Source of the DNA: Polyangiaceae bacterium
GTDB lineage: Bacteria; Myxococcota_A; Polyangia; Polyangiales; Polyangiaceae
Direction: 5' to 3'
Length of the DNA stretch: 64,000 bases
NCBI GenBank assembly: GCA_044222475.1
Contig: JBGANF010000024.1
Span: forward strand, 13,717 to 77,716
Position 1 is the first letter of the stretch. Every line of letters begins with the position of its first letter. This document shows, in pieces, positions 40,990 to 50,989 of the stretch. The position numbers and the translations under genes were made by a program. Below the pieces are notes generated by a model. It was not told the origin of the DNA. It was given only the letters and a program-made list of their open reading frames with translations, and made no database searches.

Positions 40990-41984
40990 GATCCCTCTTC
41001 TTGGCCTTGCGATTCGTCGAGCGCATACCCGAGCTCGCGCAGGTGATGGTCGCTCTCGAGCCAATTCTCGGTGACGCGAACCCACAGGCGGAGGACGACC
41101 TTCTCGCCCAACAGCCGCTCGGTGCGGGCGCGAGCGCGCGTGCCGATCTCCTTCAACATCGCGCCCCCGCGCCCGACGATGATCTTCTTGTGCGACTCCT
41201 TCGGGACGTGGATCGCGACGTCGATCTCCGGCATGCGCCGCTTCTTCCCGCCGGCTGCCGGCTCGAGCCAGCCCTCGACGACGACGGCGACGCCGTGAGG
41301 CAGCTCCTCTCGAGTGCGAGCGAGGATCTGCTCCCGAACGATCTCGGCGACGAGCCACCGCGCCGGGCGGTCGGTCAAGGTGTCGTCGGGGTAGAGCATC
41401 GGGCCCTTGGGGAGCAGGGCGGTGATCTCGGCGAGGATCCGGCGCACGCCGTCGCTCGTCTTGGCGGAGATCGGCACGAACGCGGCGAAGTCGCGGACCT
41501 TGGCCGCGGCTTCGAGCACCGGGACGAGCCGCGCCTTCTCCGCGATGCGGTCGACCTTGTTGAGGACGAAGAGCGTCGGCGTCTTCGGCGGGAGCTTCGA
41601 GAGGATCTCGAGGTCGGCGGGGCGGAGCTCGGCGGGCCCCGTGGCTGGCGTGCTCTTGCCGACGTCCGTCACGAACACGATCAGGTCGGCGCCGGCGATC
41701 GCATCCTGCGCTTCGCGGTTCATCCGGGTGCCGAGCTTGTTGAGCGGCGCGTGAATCCCCGGGGTGTCGAGGAAGGCGACCTGGGCGGTGTCGGTCGTGA
41801 GGACGCCGAGCAGCCGGTCGCGGGTGGTCTGAGGGTGGTGGCTCACGATGGCGACGCGCTCACCGAGGAGGGCGTTGAGGAGGGTGCTCTTGCCCACGTT
41901 GGGCCGGCCCACGAGGGCAACGTGTCCCGCGCGGTAGGCTCTCGGGAGGCGCGGGGGTCGCTGTTTGCGCTCGCGGTCGGTCAT
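40986..41984 (-). CDS. era: GTPase Era
   Basis: GRPNVGKSTL, PQTTR, DTPGIH, NKVD, EELPH, IIVGRGG.MLK.IG. Confidence 0.96.
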   Translation of the reverse strand: MTDRERKQRPPRLPRAYRAGHVALVGRPNVGKSTLLNALLGERVAIVSHHPQTTRDRLLGVLTTDTAQVAFLDTPGIHAPLNKLGTRMNREAQDAIAGADLIVFVTDVGKSTPATGPAELRPADLEILSKLPPKTPTLFVLNKVDRIAEKARLVPVLEAAAKVRDFAAFVPISAKTSDGVRRILAEITALLPKGPMLYPDDTLTDRPARWLVAEIVREQILARTREELPHGVAVVVEGWLEPAAGGKKRRMPEIDVAIHVPKESHKKIIVGRGGAMLKEIGTRARARTERLLGEKVVLRLWVRVTENWLESDHHLRELGYALDESQGQEEGS

Positions 41985-42050
41985 CGGGGAGGCGTGGTCT
42001 ACCACACGTGATTGAACTTTCCCGGAAAGCGGAATAGGACCATCCGGCGC

Positions 42051-45000
42051 ATGGCCGAAACCCCCCCGCCGCAGGTGAACTCTCGGATCGTCATCGGAGT
42101 GCTCTTCCTTGCGGGAGGCATCATCGCGACGGCGCTCTCGGGCGGCATGGTCGTCTGGTACGGCGCGATCGCGTTCGGCGTGATCAGCATCGTCCGCGGG
42201 CTCATCCAGAGCCGCTCCGAGGGAGCCACGGTCGCGCCCCAAGCCGCCGGTGAACCCGAACCCGCACCCGCCGCACCCGCACCCGCACCCGCAACTCGCG
42301 CCGAGCCCTCCGAGAAGCCCCTCGTCGTCGACACCAAGGATCTCTCGGGGAGAGCCGCGCTGCTGCTGACCCTCGCGGTCGGCGTCCTGTTCCTGTTCGT
42401 GCTCCCTCCGCTGTCGAAGAGCGGCCTGTGGGATCCGTTCGAGCTCAACGTCGCCGACCTCAGCCGTCGCGTCGCGCTCAACCTCTTCCACGCGAACGAT
42501 CTCGCCCTCGCCGGCGCCGACAACTCGCTTCCCCACCTGAACGACCTCGGCCGCCCGGAGCTCCCGTTCACGTCGATCGCGATCGGCTTCAAGCTCTTCG
42601 GCCTCCACGAGTGGGCCGGTCGCGCGCCGCTCGCGCTCTGGGGCCTCGTCGGCGTGCTCGCGACCTACGGCGCGCTCGCGCGCCTCACCGATCGGCGGAC
42701 CGGCGTCTACGCAGCGGTCGTCCTATGCACGATGCCGCTGTACCTCGTCCAATCTCGCACCATGCTCGGCGATGTCGTCACGATGGCGAGCCTCGCGATC
42801 GCGTTCGGGGGCCTCGCCATCGGCACGTTCGAGCGCACCACCAAGGGCTTCGCGGTGGGACGCCTCGTCTGGACGACCCTCGGCTTCGTCGCCCTCGCGG
42901 GCGGCTACTACAGCCGAGGCCTCTTGATCGGCGTCGCGATCCCCACTCTCGCGATCGGGTTGGCTTGGGGCGTCACGTGGCTCGCCGCCGAGCGCAAGGT
43001 CGACGTCCTCGGTGACGCGATCGGCGCGATCGCGCTCGTCCTCGGCGTCATCGCCACGTGGCGCGTGCTCCGCATCACCGGCAACACGACCGACCTCTCG
43101 ATGCCGATCGGCGCGATGCTCCGCACTCCGGCGAAGTACCCCACGTTCGACTACTTCATCGGGCACCTCGGCCCGGCCGCCGCGCCGTGGAGCGCGTTCT
43201 TCCCCCTCGCCGCCGGACGGCTCTTCGTCACGCCGGTCGGGCGCAAGGGCGACGCGCTCACCCAAGAGAGCTTCCTCCGCGTCGCGCTCCTCGTCGGCGG
43301 TGCGGTCGCGTTCACCGCGCACGCGTGGCTCGCCGCGCGTACCGATTTGGTACCGTTCTCCGGCGTCGTGTTCCTCGCTGCGACGTGCGCGATCGCCATC
43401 CGCGACTACGAGCGCGGCGCGCACCCCTCGGTCGCGATGGGAGTCACCGGTCTCGCGTTCCTCGGCGTGCTCCACCACGACTTCCACGAGCTGCCGGAGA
43501 AGGCCTACCAGGCGTTCGGCGTCAGCGGCGCCCCGTTCCCCGAGAGCTTCAAGGAGCGAGCCCTCTCGCTCTGGACCATCGCCCTCATCGGCTTCGCCAT
43601 CCTGGCGATGCTCACGCTCGTCGAGCGCGACCCGAAGCGGAAGCCGTTCGACCCGGCCACGTACGCGAAGGTCCTCAAGGACCTTCGCGAGGCGTGGGAC
43701 GGGCTGCTCTCGCTCGGATACTTCGCCCTCGTCGCCGGCGCGTCGCTCGCCGGGCTCGTCGTCTACGTCGGGGTGAAGGCGAAGATGGCGTGGGTGGCAT
43801 CCATCTCGCTGCAGACGCGCGACGTGATCCTGAACTTGTGGTGGCTCACCGCGCTCGTCCCGCTCGGCGTGATCCTGGGCATCCTCTACGCGCTCGACGT
43901 GTGGAGCTGGGCGTTCGGCGGCTCGAGGCCGTTCTCGAAGGCGTCGTTCTCGCGCGGGTTCGAGCCGTTCGAAGAGCTCTTCGCGAGCATCCGTGATCGC
44001 TTCGCCAAGAAGGATCCGCCGCCCTTCAAGGACACCGAGTTCCTCGTCAGCGTCTTCGCGCTCGTGCCGTTCATGGTGCTCGCGCTCCCGGCGGGTCTCT
44101 TCGGGTACCTCGCGACGCACGGCATCCGGCCGGCGATCGGCCTCGCCATCGCCGTGCCGTCCAGCATCGCGCTCTTCCTGGCGCTCGGTGCGATCGGTGA
44201 CGGGCTCGGCGGTCGACGCGCGAGCGGCTTCACGGTGTTCGCCGGTGCGCTCGGGCTCGTCCTCGCGATGGGATATTTCCCGGCGCTCGCGAACCAGCTC
44301 TCGCCGAAGGAAGTCTTCGAGAGCTACCAGAAGGTGAAGAAGCCGGGCGAGCCGCTCGCGCTCTTCGGAGTCGGCGGTCGCACTGCGGCCTACTACGCCG
44401 GCGGTCAGCCGGAGCAGCTCCAAGACACGCAGCACGCGTTCGACTGGCTGATGAGCGGCGGCGGCAAGCGTCGCTTCCTCGCGATCCGCGCGGAGGAGCT
44501 CGCCAAGCTGAACCAGCTGTACCGCGCTCGGAACCCCGGTCAGAACCTGCCGATCCTCGACGCGCGGTCGAGCCAGATCCTCCTCGTCGCGTCGAGCCTC
44601 GAGGGCGACGAGAAGAACCAGAACCCGCTCGGCAAGATCATCCTGTCGGAGCTGCCCAAGCCGCAGCACGTGCTCAACGTCGACATGGAGGGCAAGCTCA
44701 TCGTCCTCGGGTACGACCTCGACGATCAGAACGGGCGACCGGTCGAGTCCGTGGCTCCCGGGCGGAAGTACCACTTCAAGACGTACTACAAGGTGCTCGC
44801 GCCGGTGACGACGGAGTGGGAGGGCTTCATCCACATCGACGGGTACCGCCGGCGCCACAACGGCGACCACAAGCCGATGGACGGGAAGTACCCGTTCTCG
44901 CTCTGGCAGAAGGACGACATCCTCGTCGACGACCACGAGTTCAGCCTCGAGCCGAACTTCTCGCCGGGGACGTACACGATCTTCTTCGGTCTGTTCGTGG

Positions 45001-45080
45001 GCGACACGCGCATGAAGATCGTGAGCGGCCCGAACGACGGCGACAACCGAATCAACGGCGGCGCGCTGAAGGTGCAGTGA
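42051..45080 (+). CDS. GT-C (ArnT/PMT-like) membrane glycosyltransferase with a C-terminal beta domain
   Basis: GLWDPFE, FKLFGLHEWAGRAP, many TM helices, PWS.F.P; C-term FIH.D...DH.P...W..DDI..D. Confidence 0.8.
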   Translation: MAETPPPQVNSRIVIGVLFLAGGIIATALSGGMVVWYGAIAFGVISIVRGLIQSRSEGATVAPQAAGEPEPAPAAPAPAPATRAEPSEKPLVVDTKDLSGRAALLLTLAVGVLFLFVLPPLSKSGLWDPFELNVADLSRRVALNLFHANDLALAGADNSLPHLNDLGRPELPFTSIAIGFKLFGLHEWAGRAPLALWGLVGVLATYGALARLTDRRTGVYAAVVLCTMPLYLVQSRTMLGDVVTMASLAIAFGGLAIGTFERTTKGFAVGRLVWTTLGFVALAGGYYSRGLLIGVAIPTLAIGLAWGVTWLAAERKVDVLGDAIGAIALVLGVIATWRVLRITGNTTDLSMPIGAMLRTPAKYPTFDYFIGHLGPAAAPWSAFFPLAAGRLFVTPVGRKGDALTQESFLRVALLVGGAVAFTAHAWLAARTDLVPFSGVVFLAATCAIAIRDYERGAHPSVAMGVTGLAFLGVLHHDFHELPEKAYQAFGVSGAPFPESFKERALSLWTIALIGFAILAMLTLVERDPKRKPFDPATYAKVLKDLREAWDGLLSLGYFALVAGASLAGLVVYVGVKAKMAWVASISLQTRDVILNLWWLTALVPLGVILGILYALDVWSWAFGGSRPFSKASFSRGFEPFEELFASIRDRFAKKDPPPFKDTEFLVSVFALVPFMVLALPAGLFGYLATHGIRPAIGLAIAVPSSIALFLALGAIGDGLGGRRASGFTVFAGALGLVLAMGYFPALANQLSPKEVFESYQKVKKPGEPLALFGVGGRTAAYYAGGQPEQLQDTQHAFDWLMSGGGKRRFLAIRAEELAKLNQLYRARNPGQNLPILDARSSQILLVASSLEGDEKNQNPLGKIILSELPKPQHVLNVDMEGKLIVLGYDLDDQNGRPVESVAPGRKYHFKTYYKVLAPVTTEWEGFIHIDGYRRRHNGDHKPMDGKYPFSLWQKDDILVDDHEFSLEPNFSPGTYTIFFGLFVGDTRMKIVSGPNDGDNRINGGALKVQ

Positions 45081-45463
45081 TGGAGGACCGCGACGCCAAG
45101 GATCCCCCGGCGAGCGGGCAAGACCGGCGAACCTACGACCGCATCCCGGTCAGCTGGGACGTCGACTGCACGACGCAGGAGACGTTCCTCTACGCGTCGA
45201 TAGCGAACATCAGCGCGATGGGGATCTTCATCCGCACCGAGAAGCCGCTCGCGATCGGGACCGAGATGGATCTCTCGTTTCGACCGCCCGGCTACGAGCC
45301 ATTTCGGCTTCGAGGCCAGGTCGCGTGGATCAACCCGGTGCGAGCCGACGGCGACAACCCGAACCCCGGGATGGGCATCCGTTTTCTGGAGCTGACCGCG
45401 GCGGATCGAGAGCGTCTCGTCGACGTGGTGCACGCGATCGCGTACCTGCGGGAGCCGAACTAG
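45080..45463 (+). CDS. PilZ-domain protein (myxobacterial TIGR02266 type)
   Basis: RRTYDRIP (RxxxR), NISAMGIFI (NxSxxG), PGMGIRF. Confidence 0.9.
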   Translation: MEDRDAKDPPASGQDRRTYDRIPVSWDVDCTTQETFLYASIANISAMGIFIRTEKPLAIGTEMDLSFRPPGYEPFRLRGQVAWINPVRADGDNPNPGMGIRFLELTAADRERLVDVVHAIAYLREPN

Positions 45464-45473
45464 GAGTTGGCGA

Positions 45474-47216
45474 CTACGGCTTCGGAAAGCGTCGCGCGTA
45501 GATTCCCTTGAACGTCGTCGGCGATCCCGTGTCGTCCTGCCAGCCGATGGCGACGAAGGGATCCACTCCGCCCACGACCGCAAACGGGTTCGTGCGCTGG
45601 TGGCCTTCGTCGATGCTCGCCTGGAAATCGGTGGCCTGACCGTTGACCCCGTTGAAGAGGAAGCCCGTCGTACCGTCGAGGAGACGCGCGCGGACGTGAC
45701 CGCTCGCGTCGTCCACCCAGGCGGCGACGAAGTAGTTGCTGCCGGCGGCGATGGTCGGCACCGATTGAGCGCCGAGCGTGCCGTCGTTGATGCGCACCGT
45801 CTGGTCGCCTGCGACCGGCTTCAGCGCGCTGTCGAAGCGTTGGACGAAGATGCCCGCGCCGCCGGGCGCTCCAGTGTCGGCCCACACGACGCCAATGCGG
45901 CCATCGGGAAGGACCGCGATGCCCGGGTGCTCCTGGTTTCCGGTGTGGGATCCGTCGTTGACCTTCACCTCGGTGCCGGCGGTGCCGGCGGCGTCGACCG
46001 GGAGGAGCTTGATGTCCGATCCCGCCTGGTAGGCGACGAGCCACCCCGTCGCCGTGCCCACGACGACCGGGCTCTTCCCGGCGCCGAGGACCTTCTGCGC
46101 ACTGCACGCCGCGCCGCAGTTGCCGCCGGGCAGCGCGCCGTTCGGGTCGACCGTCTTGGCGACGACGTTGGCGCCGTTCTCCCACGCGATCAGGAGCTTC
46201 GCGCCGCTGAGCGCCATCGAAGGGTTCGCTTGAGCGACGCCGGCGGCATCGCTGATCTTGACGGGCGTCTGCGCCGGCTGATCGCTCTGGATCAACGTCG
46301 AGCTGAGGGTGCGCAGGTTGATCGCAACCGTGCCCGCTTGGTTGTCCTCGAACGCGACGACGGTCTTGGCTCCCGAGATCGCGGCCGTCGGGTTGAACTG
46401 GCTGCCCGCCTCGCCCGTTGGGGGAAACGCGCCCGAGCTGTTGTTGGGGAGGAAGAACGACGAGCCCTCCACGCCAGGCCCTTGGTCGGGGTAGGTGTGG
46501 AGATCGTCGTTCATGATGCGCATCGCGACCTGCGTCCGTCCGCTCGGCGAGCGATCGCCCCAGAACCCGAGGAACTTGCTCTTCGCGCCGACCGGCCACA
46601 GGAAGATCGGCTTGGCCTTCTGCTTGCTGTCGCTCGTGGTCGCGAGATCGCCCTTCGACAGGTAGATCTCCTTGCTCAAGCAGTTCGTGCCGCAGACGAT
46701 GTCCGTGTCGTCGGCCGCGGGCGCGGTGCACTGCACCGGGACCGGGCTGGGCTTTCCGCCGCACGTGGCCGGGGGCACGAAGCGGAGCATCTGGATCTTC
46801 ACCGTGCTCGTGTCTTGGTTGACCGTCGCGATCACGCACCCCGACGCAACCGGCGTCGAGCTCGACGCGGTGAAGGCCTGCGCTCCGAACACGCGCGCGT
46901 CTTCCGACTTCTCGAGCTGGATGTCACCGCAGAACTTCGCGCCCGCCGCGCACCCCGTCGTCCCCATGTCCTTCGAGGCGAGCGGATCGCCGCCACCGCT
47001 CGCGACGCCGGTCTTCGCGTCGCACTTCGCGCCCGCCGCGCCGTCGAGGACGGTGACGCTGACGCGCGTGACGCCGTCGAGGAGGCCCTTGGGAAACGTC
47101 AGCGTGGGTGCGACGCCGACATGAACGCCGTCACCGCTGGAGCACGCGAGGATGGTGACGCCGAGCGCACCGAAAGCAATCGCGGGCCGCGACAGCCGGG
47201 AGAACCGAGCAAGCAT
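45474..47216 (-). CDS. Hypothetical lipoprotein, beta-rich
   Basis: Lipobox ILAC; repeated (V/I)(A/V)W.D and I..QRF/ARRF strands suggest a beta-propeller. Confidence 0.75.
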   Translation of the reverse strand: MLARFSRLSRPAIAFGALGVTILACSSGDGVHVGVAPTLTFPKGLLDGVTRVSVTVLDGAAGAKCDAKTGVASGGGDPLASKDMGTTGCAAGAKFCGDIQLEKSEDARVFGAQAFTASSSTPVASGCVIATVNQDTSTVKIQMLRFVPPATCGGKPSPVPVQCTAPAADDTDIVCGTNCLSKEIYLSKGDLATTSDSKQKAKPIFLWPVGAKSKFLGFWGDRSPSGRTQVAMRIMNDDLHTYPDQGPGVEGSSFFLPNNSSGAFPPTGEAGSQFNPTAAISGAKTVVAFEDNQAGTVAINLRTLSSTLIQSDQPAQTPVKISDAAGVAQANPSMALSGAKLLIAWENGANVVAKTVDPNGALPGGNCGAACSAQKVLGAGKSPVVVGTATGWLVAYQAGSDIKLLPVDAAGTAGTEVKVNDGSHTGNQEHPGIAVLPDGRIGVVWADTGAPGGAGIFVQRFDSALKPVAGDQTVRINDGTLGAQSVPTIAAGSNYFVAAWVDDASGHVRARLLDGTTGFLFNGVNGQATDFQASIDEGHQRTNPFAVVGGVDPFVAIGWQDDTGSPTTFKGIYARRFPKP

Positions 47217-47225
47217 GGAGACAGT

Positions 47226-47795
47226 CTAGACCAAACGGGGCTCCACGGCGATCCCCACGATGTCGAGGGCGGCGGCCAGCGCCGGGGGCGGGGCCACGTC
47301 GAGAACGACGCTCTTGATGCGCGCGCGGTGGAGCTTTCGGGCGACGCCGTCCGCCCACGCTTGAAGCTCCTCCGCGTCTTGCGCGGGGACGCCGCACGCG
47401 ACCGCCGCGCGGCCGCCTCCGAGCATCACGACGCATCGATCCGGCGACCAGCTGGCCAGCAGCGCGCGCCGCGACTGGTCGGCGCGCTCCGCGGCGAAGC
47501 CCTCGGCGATCGCCGCTCGGCCTGCGGTCCGCCACGCGAGCGACGCTCCGCCCAGCGCGGATTCGAGCCCATCGAAGGTGGCGCTCGCGAGGGTGGGGGA
47601 GGCCCCGGCCACTGCGAGCGCGCGGCCGTACATCGCGAGCGCGTGGAACAGATCCCGCGAGGGCTCGGCGCTGCGCTCGACCACGCTCGCGCGCGCGCCC
47701 TCGCACGCATCGATGGCGGAGGTGTCTTCCGCCGACAGCGCCACGCCGAGATCGAGCGTGCGCCAGCGGGCGAGCAGGACCTCCTCACGCGTCAT
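47226..47795 (-). CDS. Hypothetical protein, translationally coupled to the anti-sigma gene
   Basis: MTREEVLLARW start overlaps the upstream TGA; helical N-terminus, short alpha/beta C-terminus. Confidence 0.6.
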   Translation of the reverse strand: MTREEVLLARWRTLDLGVALSAEDTSAIDACEGARASVVERSAEPSRDLFHALAMYGRALAVAGASPTLASATFDGLESALGGASLAWRTAGRAAIAEGFAAERADQSRRALLASWSPDRCVVMLGGGRAAVACGVPAQDAEELQAWADGVARKLHRARIKSVVLDVAPPPALAAALDIVGIAVEPRLV

Positions 47796-49000
47796 CAGAA
47801 GCCGTCGGCTGCTTTCGGCTTGGCGCCGGCCGCGGGTGCAGTCGCGGTCGCGGTCGCCGTCGCCATCGGTTTCATCGGCATCGGCGCCGCGGACTTCGTC
47901 GCGGTGCGAGCCGCCGGGCTCATCGAGTCGAGCTCGGTCTGGGCGCGCGTGGCGTAGGTCGGGACGCCGGCGAGCTTCGCGAAGCGAGCGCGCGCTGCGT
48001 CGTAGTTGCCGAGCTGCTTGTAGCAACGGCCTGCGTCGAGCAGCGCCTCGTACCCGGTGGGCGTGCCGTCGGCGCGGGCCGCGACTTGATCGAAGCGACC
48101 GACCGCCGCGCCGCAACCACCGCTGCCGTCGCGGACGCTTCGCGCGGCCCAGAGCGCGGCGTTGGCATCGTTCGCGGACAGCGTGTCGAATCGACGCGTG
48201 GCGTCGTCGTAGTTCTTCGCGCGGTAGTCGCCCATCGCCGACTCGAAGACGGTGCCGCCGCCCGAGCCGTACGCCTGCTGCGCCGGGCCGGTGCCGCTGC
48301 CACCGAACCCGCTCGCGCCGGTCGTGCCGCCGACGATGGTCGTCGTGTCGGGTGCGCCTCCGGGAGTCGCCGCGTTGGCCACCAACCCGCGGTCGAGCTT
48401 TCCCTCCGCGGAGAGCGCGTTCGGGTCGGCGTTGGTGCGCTCCTCGTCGGCGAGGGCCACCTTGTCCTTCTCGAGCATGCTGGGAGACGCGGTCGCCATC
48501 GCGCGCCCGCGACCAGGCTCGAGCGTCCCGTGCGCGTTGTCCGACCGATCGAGCGCTTGCTCCGCGCCCGACGCCGCCGGCGGGAGATCCATGGGAGATC
48601 CCTTCGTCTGCACGGCGACGCCCGCCGGCGCCGCGTCCCTCGAGCGCGACGTGTTCATGAGGACGACGCTCGATCCGATCGCGAGCAGGAACACTGCGGC
48701 CATCGCCGTCTGCGGGCGCATCGCCCACGCGCCGGCTCGCGAGACGAACGTCGCGAAACGCGACCGCATCGGGACGACCTTCTGCGCTTCGCGCGCCGCG
48801 GCGAGGATTCGATCCTCGAGCCCGTCCGGCAGCGGCTCCATGGGGAGCGCCGCGACCTTTCGCGTCGCCTTGAGGCCCCCGAGGAGACCCGCGCAACGAG
48901 AGCAACCCGCGGCGTGGCGTTTCATCGCCGCGCTCGTGACGTCGTCGAGCTCTCCATAGAGCTCGTCGATCAGGTTGCTTTCGAACTTCTCGCAGTCCAT
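47795..49000 (-). CDS. Zinc-binding (ZAS) anti-sigma factor with TM and TPR-like C-terminus
   Basis: MDC...LYGEL...HAAGCSRC (HxxxCxxC); TM AMAAVFLLAIG; directly downstream of the ECF sigma gene. Confidence 0.88.
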   Translation of the reverse strand: MDCEKFESNLIDELYGELDDVTSAAMKRHAAGCSRCAGLLGGLKATRKVAALPMEPLPDGLEDRILAAAREAQKVVPMRSRFATFVSRAGAWAMRPQTAMAAVFLLAIGSSVVLMNTSRSRDAAPAGVAVQTKGSPMDLPPAASGAEQALDRSDNAHGTLEPGRGRAMATASPSMLEKDKVALADEERTNADPNALSAEGKLDRGLVANAATPGGAPDTTTIVGGTTGASGFGGSGTGPAQQAYGSGGGTVFESAMGDYRAKNYDDATRRFDTLSANDANAALWAARSVRDGSGGCGAAVGRFDQVAARADGTPTGYEALLDAGRCYKQLGNYDAARARFAKLAGVPTYATRAQTELDSMSPAARTATKSAAPMPMKPMATATATATAPAAGAKPKAADGF

Positions 49001-49072
49001 GGGGTCCGTGATGCTTTCTCTCGAAATGTTGTGATTCTCAGGGGGTTTCGCAAGTCGATCGTCAATCGTCGT

Positions 49073-49681
49073 TCATCGCAGCGCCCGTGCATATTCTTCG
49101 TAGTCGCAGAGCGCGGCTTGCAGGCGCTCGAGCGCGTAGCGCATTCGGCTCTTCACCGTGTTCTCCGGCACTCCGGTGATGTCGGCGATCTCCTTGAAGG
49201 GCAAGTTCGCGACCTCTCGCATCAAGAACACTTCGCGCTGATCCTCCGGGAGCTCCTCGACCGCGGCGGCGATCTTGGCCTTGAGCTCGGTCCCGGTCGC
49301 TGCCCGCTCGACGCTCGCTTTCGAGTCCGGGAGCTGCTCGCCCAGCGATGGTCCGTCGCCGTCGCTGCCAGGCCGGTTCTCCTCCAGCGAGGGGTGTTTC
49401 CGTAGCGCGCCCTTCCTCATGTGATCGATGCAGAGGTTTCGGGCGATCGTGTAGAGCCAGGTCGAAAATCGCGCTTCGTGCTTGAAGTCCGCAGCGCTCT
49501 GCACGACGCGGACGAACGTGTCCTGCACGACGTCCTCGGCGGCGGATCGAACGCGGAGGTGTCGCAGCGCGAAATTGAAGACCGGCCCCTGGTGCCGCCG
49601 AACCAGCGCCGAGAACGCCGCTCTGTCTCCCCGCTGGAAGCGGATCATCAGGGCTTCGTCGGAGACGTTCGGCTCGATCAC
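49073..49681 (-). CDS. ECF-family RNA polymerase sigma factor
   Basis: SDEALM, AEDVVQDTF, FSTWLYTIARN, LPEDQREVF, NTVKSRMRYA. Confidence 0.95.
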   Translation of the reverse strand: MIEPNVSDEALMIRFQRGDRAAFSALVRRHQGPVFNFALRHLRVRSAAEDVVQDTFVRVVQSAADFKHEARFSTWLYTIARNLCIDHMRKGALRKHPSLEENRPGSDGDGPSLGEQLPDSKASVERAATGTELKAKIAAAVEELPEDQREVFLMREVANLPFKEIADITGVPENTVKSRMRYALERLQAALCDYEEYARALR

Positions 49682-50167
49682 CGATCCACCTCCACAAACA
49701 GCTGCATTCGGCCCGTAACACCGCCCGTTTCCTTTCCTTGGGATCGAAGACGTCCCAGGGGAAAGGAGGATCTTATTTGGGCTCGCGGAGGCATGAAATT
49801 CGGCGTTCGAGGCCTTTTTGGGGCTGGACGAAGGTAGCCGGTCCCATCCGACAAGGGAACTAAGAGGAGCGCTGGACGCCGGGGCCGCCCGTGCTAGTTT
49901 CACCGAATCGTCCTGGCCGGGACGCGAGGTGAACACCGCCCTCTCTCTCAGCCATCCGCGGATTCGGGGGATGCCAACAAAAAGTCGAGCCCGTGACCCC
50001 TTTTCGTGGCGGTTGCACACGGGCCACTACGCAAACTAGACTCCGCGCGTCATCCTGCGTTCGCAAGAACCAACTTTTCTTGGGGGCATGCGTTCAAGGG
50101 GTGGCGAGCAGCTACGTCGAACGAGATACGAAGGGCCCTTCGTGGGGCTCTGCTTTGGACTGGAAGG

Positions 50168-50989
50168 ATGATCGACATGCGACGCTTCGGGATGACGCTC
50201 TTCGCGCTGGCCGTACCGACTCTCTTCTCCATGACCGTGCTCGCCCAAGCGGGTGGCGCGACGGGTGGGGGAAAGCCGGGGACGACGACCGGTGCTTCCG
50301 CGAGCGCGAGCGCCGCTCCTGCGACGTCGGGCTCCGCCGCCTCGGCCACGAGCGCCGCAGCGTCAGGAACCGCCGCACCCCCGACGACCGCCGCGCCGAC
50401 CGGCTCGGGCGGCATGGATGGTCCGACCTACGCGGTTCGCCTGCGTGACCTCGAGGCCCGCGTCGACGAGCTCAAGGATCAGATTCGCCGAAGCCACACG
50501 CGGCTCGCGCTCCTCTCCGACACGATCCTCTCGGGTGGGGCCGCCGGCTCGCGCGCCGAGGTCTCGTACCACAACGAGATGTCGAGCGCGTTCCGCCTCG
50601 TGAAGGCGCTCTTCGTGCTCGACGGAGCGGTCCAGTACAACCGCGCGGACGACACCGGCGCTCTCGCCGATCAGAAGGAGATCCCGGTTTTCACCGGGTC
50701 GGTTCCCCCGGGTGATCACACCGTCAACGTCGTCCTCAACTTCCAGGGCAACGGCTACGGGGTCTTCACGTACCTCAAGGGCTACAAGTTCGAGGTCAAG
50801 TCGAGCCACTCGTTCACCGTGGTCGAAGGGAAGACGCTCTCGATCATCGCCACCTCGTACGAGGACGGCGGCGTGACGACCGCGCTCCAGGATCGTCCCA
50901 AGATCCAGTGGAAGGAGAAGGTCGCCGCTCTCGGAGCTGGCGCAGCCGCCGCAGCTCCCGCCGCTTCCTCGTCCGGAGGCAGCAAGTGA
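50168..50989 (+). CDS. Exported coiled-coil + beta-sandwich protein heading the Glt-like operon
   Basis: Signal peptide, Ala/Ser/Thr linker, coiled coil LRDLEARVDELKDQI, GNGYGVFTYLKGYKF. Confidence 0.75.
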   Translation: MIDMRRFGMTLFALAVPTLFSMTVLAQAGGATGGGKPGTTTGASASASAAPATSGSAASATSAAASGTAAPPTTAAPTGSGGMDGPTYAVRLRDLEARVDELKDQIRRSHTRLALLSDTILSGGAAGSRAEVSYHNEMSSAFRLVKALFVLDGAVQYNRADDTGALADQKEIPVFTGSVPPGDHTVNVVLNFQGNGYGVFTYLKGYKFEVKSSHSFTVVEGKTLSIIATSYEDGGVTTALQDRPKIQWKEKVAALGAGAAAAAPAASSSGGSK

